NCBI GenBank assembly: GCA_015680685.1
Contig: MNCI01003179.1
Span: 89,547-153,546, forward strand
DNA: 64,000 bases
Source of the DNA: Gnetum montanum
Taxonomy: Eukaryota; Plantae; Gnetophyta
Reading direction: 5' to 3'
Part shown: piece by piece, positions 52,493 to 64,000 of the stretch
Numbering within the stretch: the stretch's first letter is position 1
Layout: each line of letters opens with the position of its first letter
The notes under the pieces: model-generated
What the model was told of the DNA's origin: nothing
The model's input: only the letters and a program-made list of their open reading frames with translations
The model's database searches: none
Program-made: the position numbers and the translations under genes

Positions 52493-53791
52493 CGTGCCCC
52501 ACAAAAGGCGCAGGCCGTTGAGAGCCGTTGGATCGGCCATCAAGAAAAGCACCGCCACGCGCGCACTTAAATTCACACACCCCGACCCGGCAACAGCTCC
52601 AATAACAGGACTAATGGCATCTCCATCTCCTGCTGCTACTGCAATTTTTGGCATCCGCCTGGCGTCGATTTCCGAAATAATCTGCACCGTTCTGTGCATA
52701 AACAATTTTGGCGACCTGTCCTTGAAATCGCCGCTGCTTAGCTTAATCCTCTGCGATCCGATGGGACCTGATGTGACCTCAGCCGGTTATTATAATAGTG
52801 AAAATAATAATCCGCTTTCGCTTTCTTCCGCCCGCGGTCCGCACGTTTTTCCACAAAATCCCAGCGCGTCAAACCCTGACCTGAAACCCTCGCCCTTCTT
52901 CGGCATTATAAAAATTGCAGGCCGACGCCATGATTGCTCCGCCTGCAAATAAAACTAAAAAGGACCGCGCCACTGCACCATGGCCCCCGCCTCGCCCTCC
53001 CGGGTCCTGCTGCCGCAGCAAAGTTCCGTCGCTTTGGGCTCCGCCAGTAACAAACCCTAAAAGCGCCGTTTGTGCTCTGCGCTGCAATCAAAGCTTCTGG
53101 AATTTTGAAATCACGGCAGAGTCAAAGACGTAATCAAGAGGAAAAAACAAACTCAAACCCGGGCTGCGATTAAGGGGGTAAAACCCGAGGAATAACCCTG
53201 ACCTTCACTGTAGAACGCCGTCGCGACTCGCGAAGCGGCAGGCAAGGAGGCAACGACGAGCAGCAGTGCGAGCAGAGGCCAAAAGAAACATGACGTGCGC
53301 TTCCGATTCTGCGATATTCTGTGACAGGAACACAACAAATTCGAGTAAATGCGGCGACGACAACAGCGCTCTGTCACGAAACGACCGACGACCGCGAGCT
53401 TCCTCTTTCGCTCTCTCTCTCTCTCTCTGCAAATTGCAAGAAACGCCTTTTGGAGCGAGACGGTGGGGCAGCCCGTTCCGTAATGGCAACCAACTCTGCT
53501 TCTTCTGGCCTTCAGACAGACAGACAGAGAGCCGATTCCTCCTTTTTCCGCTGAACTGGACTTGGTTCCGGCGCCACGTGTTGTGCAACCGCAGGATCCG
53601 AGTCGCACTGGCCCTATCGTTAGATCGCCTTCAATGACCTGCCAGGGCTGCAAATTCTGATGCGAGCTCGTTGCAGACCATGAATGGATGAATGCAACAG
53701 CCCCATTTTGGACGTTTCTTGTGCACTGTGCACCACTGTTGTTGCTGCTGCTGCAAGTGCAAGTGAGTGAGTGAGTGAATGTGTGTGTGTG

Positions 53792-54272
53792 TCTGTGTTT
53801 TGGCGTTCCATGTGTTGCCACAACACATTCTTCTGTACTGGCTGCGCTCTGCTGTCCGTCTTCTGCAATGCGATGCGTGTCCATTTCCTGCAACGCATCC
53901 AGCAGCGAATGTTTGGACAGACTAATCCATGGCTCATGCTGCGCCATGGCCGCTGTCTGTCGGTGAAAACGGATTGAAAGGCTCACACACGAAGATGCTT
54001 TGAAAAGTCAATAGTACAAGAGAAACGGCAGGGATTGGTGCGGCTGAGCTATCACGTATTAACCATCCATGAAAGCTGCAGCTGCAGCTACTGCTTCTGC
54101 TTCCAAAAGCTGATCCAGAATGAGGGGGCCGGGCCGGGCCTGGCCTGGCCTGCACTGGTTGGTGACCCCCTCTGCAACTGCACGTCACTGTACATTATGT
54201 ATCCGTGAGAGCAAGGAATGTTGTTTTTGTTATTTGGTGACAAGCTGGGGTCGTTTTTTGGAAGGTGAACGA
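53792..54272. promoter_or_regulatory. Conserved non-coding module, copy A (candidate ARF enhancer)
   Basis: About ten collinear blocks shared with 61345-61830, with diverged spacers. Confidence 0.6.
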
Positions 54273-55266
54273 GGCAGATTTATGTGTTGTTGGATTATCC
54301 TTTCTTTGATAACGCCAAAATTTGTGTGTGTGCACTGCAACATCTATACGGTTAAAGAAAATCTTTTTAAGCCGATGGTTTAAGCTTAGCTCCAAATTGC
54401 AACAACCTTGCTGATTGGGTTATGGGAAAGCACATGTCTCTATCTTACAAAATGGAATGTGATAATCTACATTTCATGTGCAAACTCTGTCTCTCCCGTA
54501 TGTAGTTAAATATATTTATGTACCGGTGAAGAGTTTATGTTAATTACGTCATATGAAATTTGATCTAAGGCATTGGCCATATACATTGATGTTGAATTGG
54601 GCAATACAAAATGTCTAAGTTCATTCTAATGATTTCCATTATCATGGCCTTTCACGCCTGCCTCTCACGCTCAATCAATCAGAAGCATGATGGATTGCAG
54701 GATCCCTTTATCATAAAAACAATGAAAAACTCTGTTAAATGTCAACTAAGTTGCCAAAAGCCTCATGAATCAGCCCAACATAGTGTTGCATGCCAATCTA
54801 GTTGGTTAGTTAGTTTTATTTCTACATAGGTCTCAAGCTTTCCAATGCTCTAAGAGATCTAGGTTATTTGGTGTCAAATGTTACTTTCATTAAAAATGTA
54901 GCCTCTATGATAATCACTTTAGCTCTTCAAAGGTGTTGGAACCCAAAATAATTGGAATGTACGTACACTCTAAGATATGTGGTCCAATTAGAACTTTATA
55001 ACTCAACATTGTCAACTAGAATCAAACCCATAACTTGGAGCTTTCAAATCAAGAATCTTACGACTAGGCTAACACCTTGGCTCTTAAAGATAATATTATC
55101 TTAATGGATACAACTCTCATTTTGGTTGGCCATATAATTTGACCATGTGTCTTAGGAGTAAATATTGTTAAACAAATGTTTCCAATTCCAAGACCCCTTA
55201 AAATAACATTATCCTAATATTGCACTTGCTATTTTGAGAGATGAAAATTAATTATTGGTAAAGAGT

Positions 55267-55435
55267 AAAGGACCATTATTTATAGTGATGGTAAGGTGCT
55301 TATTTCTCAAGTCAAAAACTTGGGTTCAAGCTTGGGCACAACCACACAAAGAGGTTAGGCTTTCACTTATCTACTAAACATCCTAGAACCCTATTTGGCA
55401 AGATGAGCATTATGGCTTTAGGTGATGATCCTTTT
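55267..55435 (+). mobile_element. tRNA-derived SINE-like element (Au-like layout), degenerate
   Basis: A-box-like TAGTGATGG, B-box GGGTTCAAGC, T-tail; homologous to 28900-29050. Confidence 0.55.
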
Positions 55436-57371
55436 AAATGGTATGGTCCTAACCCTAACAATATTTACATCAATTTCAATATCTAGCTTCAACTTAAAGT
55501 AGCAAAGGGATTGGATGTAGCAATCAAAAGCTATAATAAAACACTAACATTTGTAGAAGAGCGAGATCCACAAAAAATTGTTGCATCACTGTTACTTCGT
55601 GGTTTAACCTTTGTCAATAATAGGCTTGATCTTTGTGTTAACATTACTCTTGTCTATTAAGGACATATTTACGTTGTAAGAGAATTTAATTCTTTTCTTA
55701 TGGATCTAATTTTTTTCTCTTAGATTTTTCTTTAATGAATTTAATCTCTCTAGAATTCCCCTTAGGGATTCTAGATTACATTTAATTTCTTCAACTAGTG
55801 CCAAAATTTTTGCTTTTTTTTTATTAATGCAAGCATTTCTATTATTTATGAAAATGCAAATTTAGAAGCTAGTAAGCAAAAATTTGAGATGCCTCCTTCT
55901 ACAAATGTTGATACAACTAAGACACATGTGTTATCCCTAATGATCTATATGAGTCACTAGTAGTTGATCTTACATCACGATATGAGTTCATTCAAATTTT
56001 GGGTTACCTTCCTTGTAATCAAAGTCTTGCCTTCTAGTTAAATGAATGATACAAAAACAAAACATTTAAGTTATTCATGCCAAGTATTATTCTTGTTTTG
56101 TTCTTGCTTGTTGAGCGTTGTAATGCTTCAATGGTGCAATGTGCCCTAGACATGGGATCACTTATACATAAGAATACAATGTTGATTAATGGTAACTCAA
56201 CCCTAGATTTTGATGTCAAGTCTGAAGAATATTCTAAAGTTGCATGTTTTGTTGAGTTATTTAATCTTCCATTGATTTTTCAGAAAGTTGAACAAGAGAT
56301 TATTAGTCTTCTTGGCCTATTAAGCATATGAAATCTATTTCCATGCCATTTCATTCTTGTAAACATTTTTTTGTTGAAATTAATATTCTTAATCATAAAA
56401 ATGAATTGCCATTACAAGCAAGTAAGAAAACTTATATTCAACTAATCATATATTATAATCTTCCTAATTCCTGCAAATTTTATCATCCTAAAGGACATTT
56501 ATCCAGTGCTTATTGTTTTTTAGTTAAGAAAAAAGATGTTAATGAAAAAAAACATGTTGAAGTTGAGGATAAGAAAAAACACTCTGAAGTTGAAGATATA
56601 AAAATTCAAGTTACTAACAATGATAAGAGTGATCAAATGATAATGAAGAAACTATAAAAGACAAAAGCATCTGTGAATATTTTTTCTAGAGGAAGTATTA
56701 ATCAGTCCAAATAGATAGCCCATAATGAAAAATTTTCCTCGTTTGACAATAATATTATCAACTCAAACATCAAACCTTATATTAAGAAGCGAGCTAACAC
56801 TAATGGTAAAAAATCTTGACATAAGGTCAATTATGATAAACAATTTGTTGGACAATTTATGCTATCATTTTCTATTGGATTTTCTATGTACACAAAAGTT
56901 GGTATTTTGTAAAAGCTTTCTATTGTTGCCTCGTATTCTTTTGCTATTTTAAGTTAAAGCATAAATGCTGGAAATGATGTAAACTTTATTAGGACTAAAA
57001 TCATTCTCCCTACTAATAACTAATTTTTCAAATCATTATTTTAAGTTTAATTTGTACACTTAATTAGACATCCCTAAAATTGGAAATTTTTTTACTTTCC
57101 ATGTTGTTTTTCTCATTTGCTCCTTATTATTAAACATATGATGTAACTTTAGGATCCAATACTCCATCCTCTCTGCCCCTACCCATCTCCCGCACCTGCC
57201 CACGCCCCCCCCCCCTAAAACCAAGTTGGGTTGTACTTATGTTTCAATTGTTGCTAGTTTCAACATCCCTTATTATTAACATTATTTTTACGATTCAATA
57301 CTCCCTGCACTACACCCCTCTATAGTTCAAACAAACATTATTTGTTTGAAGCAACTTAAGTTCAAACAAAT

Positions 57372-60300
57372 ATGGATACTCTACAGTCAAAGTTGGATTC
57401 TCTTGAGTCAAAAATAACAACTACACAATCAAGCTTAGAAGCAATTATTGAGAAAATGTGTGAAGATGAAAAAAAACATGACAAAATTTAGAATCTTCAA
57501 ATTGTGGGAATTCTTGAAGAATAGGGTGAGGATCTTTTCTAGGTCATGCTAGATTTCTTTACAAAACAAATGCACATTTCTTTTATCCCGATAATTAGTG
57601 TGAATAGACTTCGTCCTATGGGAGATATACCTTGGTAGATTATTGTTAAGTTTGCTGATTAGAGTTGAAGAGATAAGGTTTGGAATAATAGGAGTATCTT
57701 GAAAGGACAAAACATTTGGATCAATAAAGATTTGACCAAAAAAAATATGTAAAAAAGTAGGAAGAATGGCAGAAAGTTAAATAAGCTCATGCTAAAGGTT
57801 AAATTGTTTACTTAAACTATAAATATGTTGCAATTATCAAAGAGAGGGTAAATCCCCCAAAATAGGAATTTTCTTAAATTACATGTAGTTTCCTTAATGT
57901 TTGAAGATTCATTGGCTAATAAAGTTGCTACTTTAGCAACTAGTCATTTCTTTAGTAATTTTGATTTGTTTATTTTTGTTGAAACTTGGGAAGAAGAAAA
58001 TTCTTTGATTGTATCTATTATAGGCTTTCATTTCATTTCTATTAGAAATAAGCATTCTAAGGTGAGAGGTAGATCTTATGGTGGTATTGCTTGTTTAATT
58101 AAAAAGTCTAGAGATCATTTCATTAAGGTGCACAAAGTTAATGATAATAACCAATATTTGTGGGTTCAAGTTTAATATATATATTATTTTGCTTTGAGGG
58201 ATTCTTCTATATACAATTACGCTAATCTTTCATGAGAGCATCCTTTTCAATACTTGGGTCAAGATGTTGTAAAATTCTCCAAGCTTGGTAAAGTTTTTAT
58301 TTTTGAAAATTTTAATGCTCATATTGGACAAAGTTAGATTCAAAGCCTTGTTTGGAATTCTCAATTAAACTTTAGTGAAAAGCACTATTTAGTTCACAAA
58401 AGATCATTTGCTAATTACAATACAAATCATAATAGTATTCATTTCTTAGAGTGGGATCATTCCTTTAATTTTTTAATCCTTAATGGAATTAGTAACTTTC
58501 CTTCCCCTTCTCATTTTACCTTTACTAAGCACCAAGGTAACTCTTGCATTGATCTTCTCTTGTTTACTCATGATAATATAGATGCGGTAAAAAAATTTCA
58601 AGTGGAAGAAAAACTCCAAGCTGAAATTCACTATTCATACTTTAATTCATCATATTCATTACAAGAAATGCAAAATTGGTTATCTCACAAAAGATCTTCA
58701 TGAAGATTTTTAGAAAAAAGTGGCTAATATGTTGGTCAACAATGACAATGAGGTAGATTTGAATAATGTTCTTTTATCTACAACTGCTCATGTGTTGATT
58801 AAGAAGAGGCATGCTTGTAGAAAACCTTGGTTTGACATGGACTATTTGGTAGTAAAGATGTCACAACTTCATTTTGATATTTCAATGTTGAAGAATTATA
58901 GAAACCTTATTCATTTTTAAAAACCAAAGTTAGTTAAAGAAGAGCAGGAAAGAATGATTCATGAGCTCCACTCAAATCCAAAGAGATTTTGGAATTTATT
59001 TCGAGAAAAATAGCAACATGGTTAGGATTTTTCCCTTATCTACTATTCAAACTTTTTTTCAATGACCTTTTTAATCAAGAGGCTCCCCTAATAGTGCAAG
59101 ATAACTTTAGTGTTCTTGAGTTATCCCTCAATGACATTTCTGCAGGAATTCAAGGATTATCTTCTAGGAAAGGTACTAATGTTAATATGTAGAGCTTCTT
59201 AAATGGGGTGGTCCATTGGTGGAAAAGTAGCTTGTAAACTTCTCAACAAAGGGTTTCAATATGGCTTGGATCACTCTTGATGTTATAGTTGGGAAGTCTT
59301 GCTTTTTAAAAAAGGATATAGGACAAATTTTAATAATTATCGATTGATTGCAATTAATTCAATTTTCACTAAGCTTTTGGGCACTATTTTGGAGAATAAA
59401 ATTAATTCATGGACAAAAATGCAAGGTCTTCATGCTCAACCACAAGCAGGCTTCAGGAGTAAATAATTCTAGTATAAACCATTTAATAACTTTGCATTAT
59501 TGTGTAGAGAAAGCAAAAAGGTCCAACCCTACAACTTTTACCTGTCTTGTTAATTTCTTCGAGGCTTATGATTCCATTACTTGGGATAAACTTTGAAAGA
59601 GATTAGATAGCATTAACATTCCACAAGATCCCCTTTTTGTTGCTAAAATAATCTATGACATGGTTAATGTTCTTATTGAAGATAATCTTATGAAAAAGGA
59701 ACAATTATCAACAACTCAGTTGGAGTTAAACAATGTTGTCCTTTGTCCCCTACCCTATGAATTGGAGGAACGAATCCAAAATGCCTCTCATCATGGTATG
59801 TTAGTGAATGTATTATTTTTGAACATGCTTCTCTTTGGAGATGATGTGGCCTTGATTATAAAATCAACTACATGATTAAATTATATGCTTCAATTTCTCC
59901 TTGACTATTGCAACCATTTTGGTATGAAGGTTAATATTGATAAGAATAAAATTCTAATTTGTGGTATTGGCTTTATAATTTCCAACAAATCCTTTGTAAT
60001 TTCCTTGACGTAATAAAAATTTCTAGTTTCTATATTTTCACCTTCAAATTGTTTTTCCTATCCTCAACTTCAACATGATTTTTTTGCTCACCATCTTTTT
60101 TCCTTAAGTAGAAAAGGACAAGCATTAAACAAATGTCCTTTATGATAACAAAAGTTGCAACTTTTAGGAAGATTATCATATGTAATAGGTTGAATATAAG
60201 TTTTTTTGTTTGCTTGCAATAATAATTGTTTTTACGTTTAGGAAAATTGATTTCAACAAAAAAATATCCATGATAATCAACTATCTAGAAATAGATTTCA

Positions 60301-61290
60301 TATGCTTAATAGGACCAAAAAGACTAACAAATTATTGCTCAACAAATTTATCAAACACCTTGGTTTAGACACCTTGGTTTAGATCTTTCTAATAGTTACA
60401 ATTGGGAGATGTACATTAAATAAAGGATTACAAGCGGATTGATAGCCTTATTTGATTTAAAAAGCAAATATTAGAAGAAAACTATCTTAGCTTGGGAAAT
60501 CAAAAAATAGTTATTTTGTTCTATTATGCAACAAACTCTTTTGTATGGGTGTGTAGTGTGGGTTCCTAAACTTGCTAGCAAATATTGGAAGAAAATAGAA
60601 GCAGTTCAAAAACATTTTGGGTGAAAGGGCAAGTACAATATAATTTGCTACTTCTTGAAATAGATATGATACCTTTGGAGATAGAAGCTCTTTGTTAATT
60701 TACAACATATATTCATGGTCTTTCTTGTAGCACAACAACTAAATTTTCAAAGGAAGTCTCAGTAGTTACATAATAAAAAGAGTGGTTCCATGAGGGAATG
60801 ATTTGGCTCAAAAAATGGAACATTGAGAGGGATATTCTACATCCTGATATAAGGGAGCTCTATAAGTGTATCGGGAGTAACTCAACAAGAAAAAACAATT
60901 CTACCTAGATAGCATTAGAGGAGTTATTAATAAAAAAGAACTTATTTATTTGCTTCTATATCCTATCACCTACGATGTCAAATTAGTCAAGGAAGATTAG
61001 GCTCCTATTATTTTAGAATTAAAGTGGGTAGATAGGTCCAGATTCCAAGAAAAGAGAGAACTTGTCCTTGATACAATCAAAGAGCAATTAAATATGGGTA
61101 TCACCTAGTATCTAGTTCTTGTGCAAAGTCATCACAAATGGCAAATTATAGCTAATAGTTTAATGGAGCATTTTGTATCACCTAGTATCTAGTTCTCGTG
61201 CAAAGTCATCAATAGTTTAATTGAGCATTTTGAAACATGATTTGAATGGCAGATACTCAATTCCTGGCTTTCCATAATCAGATTCATTTT
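57372..61290 (+). mobile_element. Decayed LINE (ORF1 plus APE-RT ORF2; RTEX-like C-terminus)
   Basis: ORF1 coiled coil plus NLQIVGILEE (~57372-57860). APE FDLFIFVETW, GGIACLIK, F.NFNAHIG. RT NYRLIAI, QAGFR, VNFFEAYDSI, GVKQ.CPLSP, LLFGDDVAL, VNIDK. C-terminal I..GR...ERTC....H...C at ~61015-61120. Many stops and frameshifts. Confidence 0.82.
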
Positions 61291-61344
61291 TAATGCATAA
61301 AGCTTAGAATACATATTCTTGAAAGCGTCGGATGTGCCGGGGCA

Positions 61345-61830
61345 GGTGTTTGGATGTTAGATGCGTTGTTCCGTTACATATTCTGCTGTACTGGCGGAGG
61401 TTCAGTGTCCATTTTCTGTGACGCATCCAGCATGGCTTGGCATGGCACCAGCCAAGGTGTGGACCCACCCACCAATTTCATGGTTCATGTTACACCATGG
61501 CCGCTGTCTGCCTGTCTCTCTGTCGGTGCTGAAAATGCATTAAAAGTCTCATAAGAATAAAAGATGAAGAAGAAAGGAAGAGATCCGGCAGCAGAGATAT
61601 TTCTGTAAAGTCAATATGAATTGGTGCGCCGGTGCTATCAAGTACCAGTAACAATCCATCTTTGAAAGCAACTGCAACTGCTGCTGCTGTCACGAAGCTG
61701 AGCCTTTGCTTTGCTTCTGCTCTGTACGTCACGGTACCTCAGCATTGCCTGAGAACGCAAGAGAGAGAAATTGGAGGTAGTTTTGTTACTTCCTCGCAGA
61801 AACTGTGGTCGTATTTGGAAGGTGAACGAC
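61345..61830. promoter_or_regulatory. Conserved non-coding module, copy B (candidate distal ARF enhancer)
   Basis: Collinear homologue of 53792-54272; contains TGTCTG-TGTCTC-TGTCGG at 61505-61526. Confidence 0.6.
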
Positions 61831-62079
61831 GCTCGTTCTATGGTGCCTCAACCGCTCAAGCAAATCGTTATGTTTACGTAATACATTTTGATTTACAGTC
61901 TGTATGTGTTCTCGATTCATGGAATTCAGGAATTCACAAACTATTTTGGAAAGCCGATCCCAACCGTGCTTCTTTTACAAGATAATTTCAAGTACGGCGT
62001 GTGTTGAACAACACCTTTACACGGGCATGGCATGTGCAGGCTGTTGGTACTGAATTTCCTTTGGTGGAAGTTTTACGGG

Positions 62080-63748
62080 TTCACCGAGTTCAGATTCATG
62101 GGTGCATGCTTGGAAAAATGCCTCTTAGGCTTGAGAGGTGGTGCTAGTGCTAGGGTTTGAGCCTAGCACCTTTGAGTACAAATCTTATGAACGGAAACTA
62201 AGCAACCACCAACACTTTATCTTCCTTTTGGGACCACCTACCCTTATCTTCCTTTCCTTTCCTTTGTGCTGATTACTAATATAAGAGTGGGGTAGTGTCT
62301 CCCTAAGCTCACGTTTCAAAATATTCTTAATGAGAAATGGTTCAATTGATTAGCAAACATTGTGAAGATGTGCACAATTGGATGTCATTGATGGGGCACA
62401 CAAAAGGATTTGATTGTGAGAATGCCTAAGGATAAAGAACTTAACTATCCCAACCAAAAGGTATGCAAGTGGGTCCTCCCCAAAGCAGGCATATGCCCTT
62501 TGTTGCCCTTGCATATCCTCAAACCAAGGAGTCCATAGGTACCATGGGTGATTAATGGTTACGGAAAGTTAAGTATGAAAACCCACAAGAAACTACCTAA
62601 GAATTTCGACACATCAAACCAAGACAACAAATAAGGACATGAACATCGACAGTGAGGTGAGGCATGGAAAGCATAGCTGGATGAGAAAGAGAAAGTGGAA
62701 TGGAGTTCTCAATTAAGGTTACGTGATGTCCCTTGTGAGTTTTGTGGTTAAATGACATGATAAAATCCATTCTTAGTCTACACCAAAACCAACCATGTTT
62801 AGTGACTTTGGATCGCCACTCTAAGAGCAGTCCACCCCCTTGAGACACAAGAGTGCTCCTATAGAACAACCACCATTCCTTATTTAAGAACGAAAGAGAA
62901 GCAGAAAGTGAGAAAGGGCCTTAGTTAGAGGGAACCTTCAGACATGGGTAACATGTCTTCCTAGTCCCATAACTAGTGCTTGTAGCCCGTTTATTTTGTT
63001 TAAGGGGTGTGCTTTAAATTTTCATTGTCTTTTTTTGTTTTTTTGGATGGCAACCACACCATGCAAAAACTTATTTAACTTCTTGTTATTGGTCGACATG
63101 GAACAGTAAGAAATCCATGAAAACACTCACGCACCCAAGTAAATAGAAGATTACAAAGAGTATTGAGTTCTTTTGAAGTCACACCTTGTTCAAACCTTTG
63201 AATCCTTTGTAACTTTGAAAACTACCAAGGTCACAAGTTTGTTAAAGTTATACTTAAGGAAAAGGCACCTCATACTTCCAAAACAAGGAAAATCATAGAG
63301 TGTGTGGATGGGTGGATGTCATGGACTCACTGCTTATTTCATGAAAAAGAAACCATGTTTTAGTTATTAGTAACAAAATTCAAAGCTAGAATCCAGACAC
63401 TACCAATCAAATAATCGGATAGCAAATGCCCACATCAAGCAAACCACACTGTACCCAGTTGGCAATAAGGCACGTTATTATTAAAACATAATAAGAAAAT
63501 CACATCAAAATAAAGAAAAATATACACGAAATTATAAATTATTCAAGAAAAATTAAACATACTAACAATGTTGTCAAAAAAAATTGGAAAAACTTAATAA
63601 AGTAAAAATAAAAAGGTGTAAGATAAAGAAGGTGTAAAACAAAAAGTTGTAAAAATAATAAGGTGTAAAAAAAGTGTAAAACAAAAAGATGAAAAACTGA
63701 GGAGCCACTATAATGGTTAGCATGGATGGCCATCTCCCCCATGACTAA
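62080..63748 (-). mobile_element. Older Athila internal 3' non-coding region (relative of element 2), truncated
   Basis: Collinear with ~11100-12135: GTGGGTCCTCCCCAAAGCA, GTTAGAGGGAACCTTCAG.CATGG, TGAAGTCACACC, GGCCATCTCCCCCA.GACTAA. Left boundary is approximate. Confidence 0.75.
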
Positions 63749-64000
63749 TGATGAGTGGCGAGGTCCCCCTACACTCAACCATACGAATACGAGCGTGTAC
63801 GCGCGATCCGGTCGAACTCCGTAGACTAAATGCCTTAACACCACAAGAAACACTTGGGGTTAATCGTTCGTTGTCTTCCCAGGCTTGCTTGTAAGTGTCA
63901 CGGTGTATGGTTAAGCAAGTCTGAGGTATGTGATTTTTTTGGTATTTTTTGGTTCATCTTCTATGCTATCAGGGAAAAGGGTTGAGAAACTAACTAACTC
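63749..64000 (-). mobile_element. Athila-family LTR (nested insertion), runs off window
   Basis: Begins TGATGAGTGGCGAGGTCCCCCTACACTCAACCATACGAATACGAGC, like the LTR ends at 9495, 19934 and 27462. The downstream part is closest to the element 2 LTR. Confidence 0.88.

Noticed and set aside
53153-53986. 277-aa minus-strand ORF and other overlapping ORFs at 52100-54400
   Set aside because: GC-rich island with microsatellite-derived peptides (RERERER, HTHTFTH), no domain similarity, and the homologous frame in copy B hits stops (AAMV*).
54030-54090. miR171-like ATTGGTGCGGCT and miR167-like TGAAAGCTGCAGC strings
   Set aside because: Only partial matches and no complementary star arm or long hairpin seen. 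Not called as MIR genes.
61436-61460. miR169-like CAGCCAAGG in a small CTTGGC/GCCAAG hairpin
   Set aside because: Only 9 nt match, the stem is far too short for a precursor, and it is absent from copy A.

Overview
Nuclear DNA of a land plant, probably a non-angiosperm vascular plant (inferred from protein divergence; the species cannot be fixed). The scaffold is gapped with N-runs, and TE DNA is CpG-depleted. It holds four host genes. These are the 3' end of an NDUFAF6-like squalene/phytoene-synthase-fold gene (+, to 641), a two-exon P-class PPR gene (+, 29490-32469), mitochondrial ATP synthase subunit f (-, 37315-37599), and a 15-exon class-A ARF6/8-type auxin response factor (-, 41275-51754). 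The ARF has a miR167-type site and a leader packed with uORFs. Between the genes are a complete but coding-dead Met-primed LTR element (1345-7781) and two adjacent Athila-type Ty3/gypsy elements. One has gag-pol (9495-18560). The other has gag plus an accessory ORF and no visible pol (19934-28240). There is also a decayed RTEX-like LINE, SINE-like copies, organelle-derived fragments and a nested Athila at the right edge. Two observations stand out. First, a ~480-500 bp non-coding module upstream of the ARF occurs as two diverged, collinear copies whose conserved blocks are TF-motif-like, including AuxREs (candidate duplicated enhancer). Second, the pol-less Athila carries a self-contained accessory transcription unit: an internal TATA, the same GCGATATCGC palindrome array as its LTR promoter, and a TACTAAC branch point with an AG abutting the ATG.
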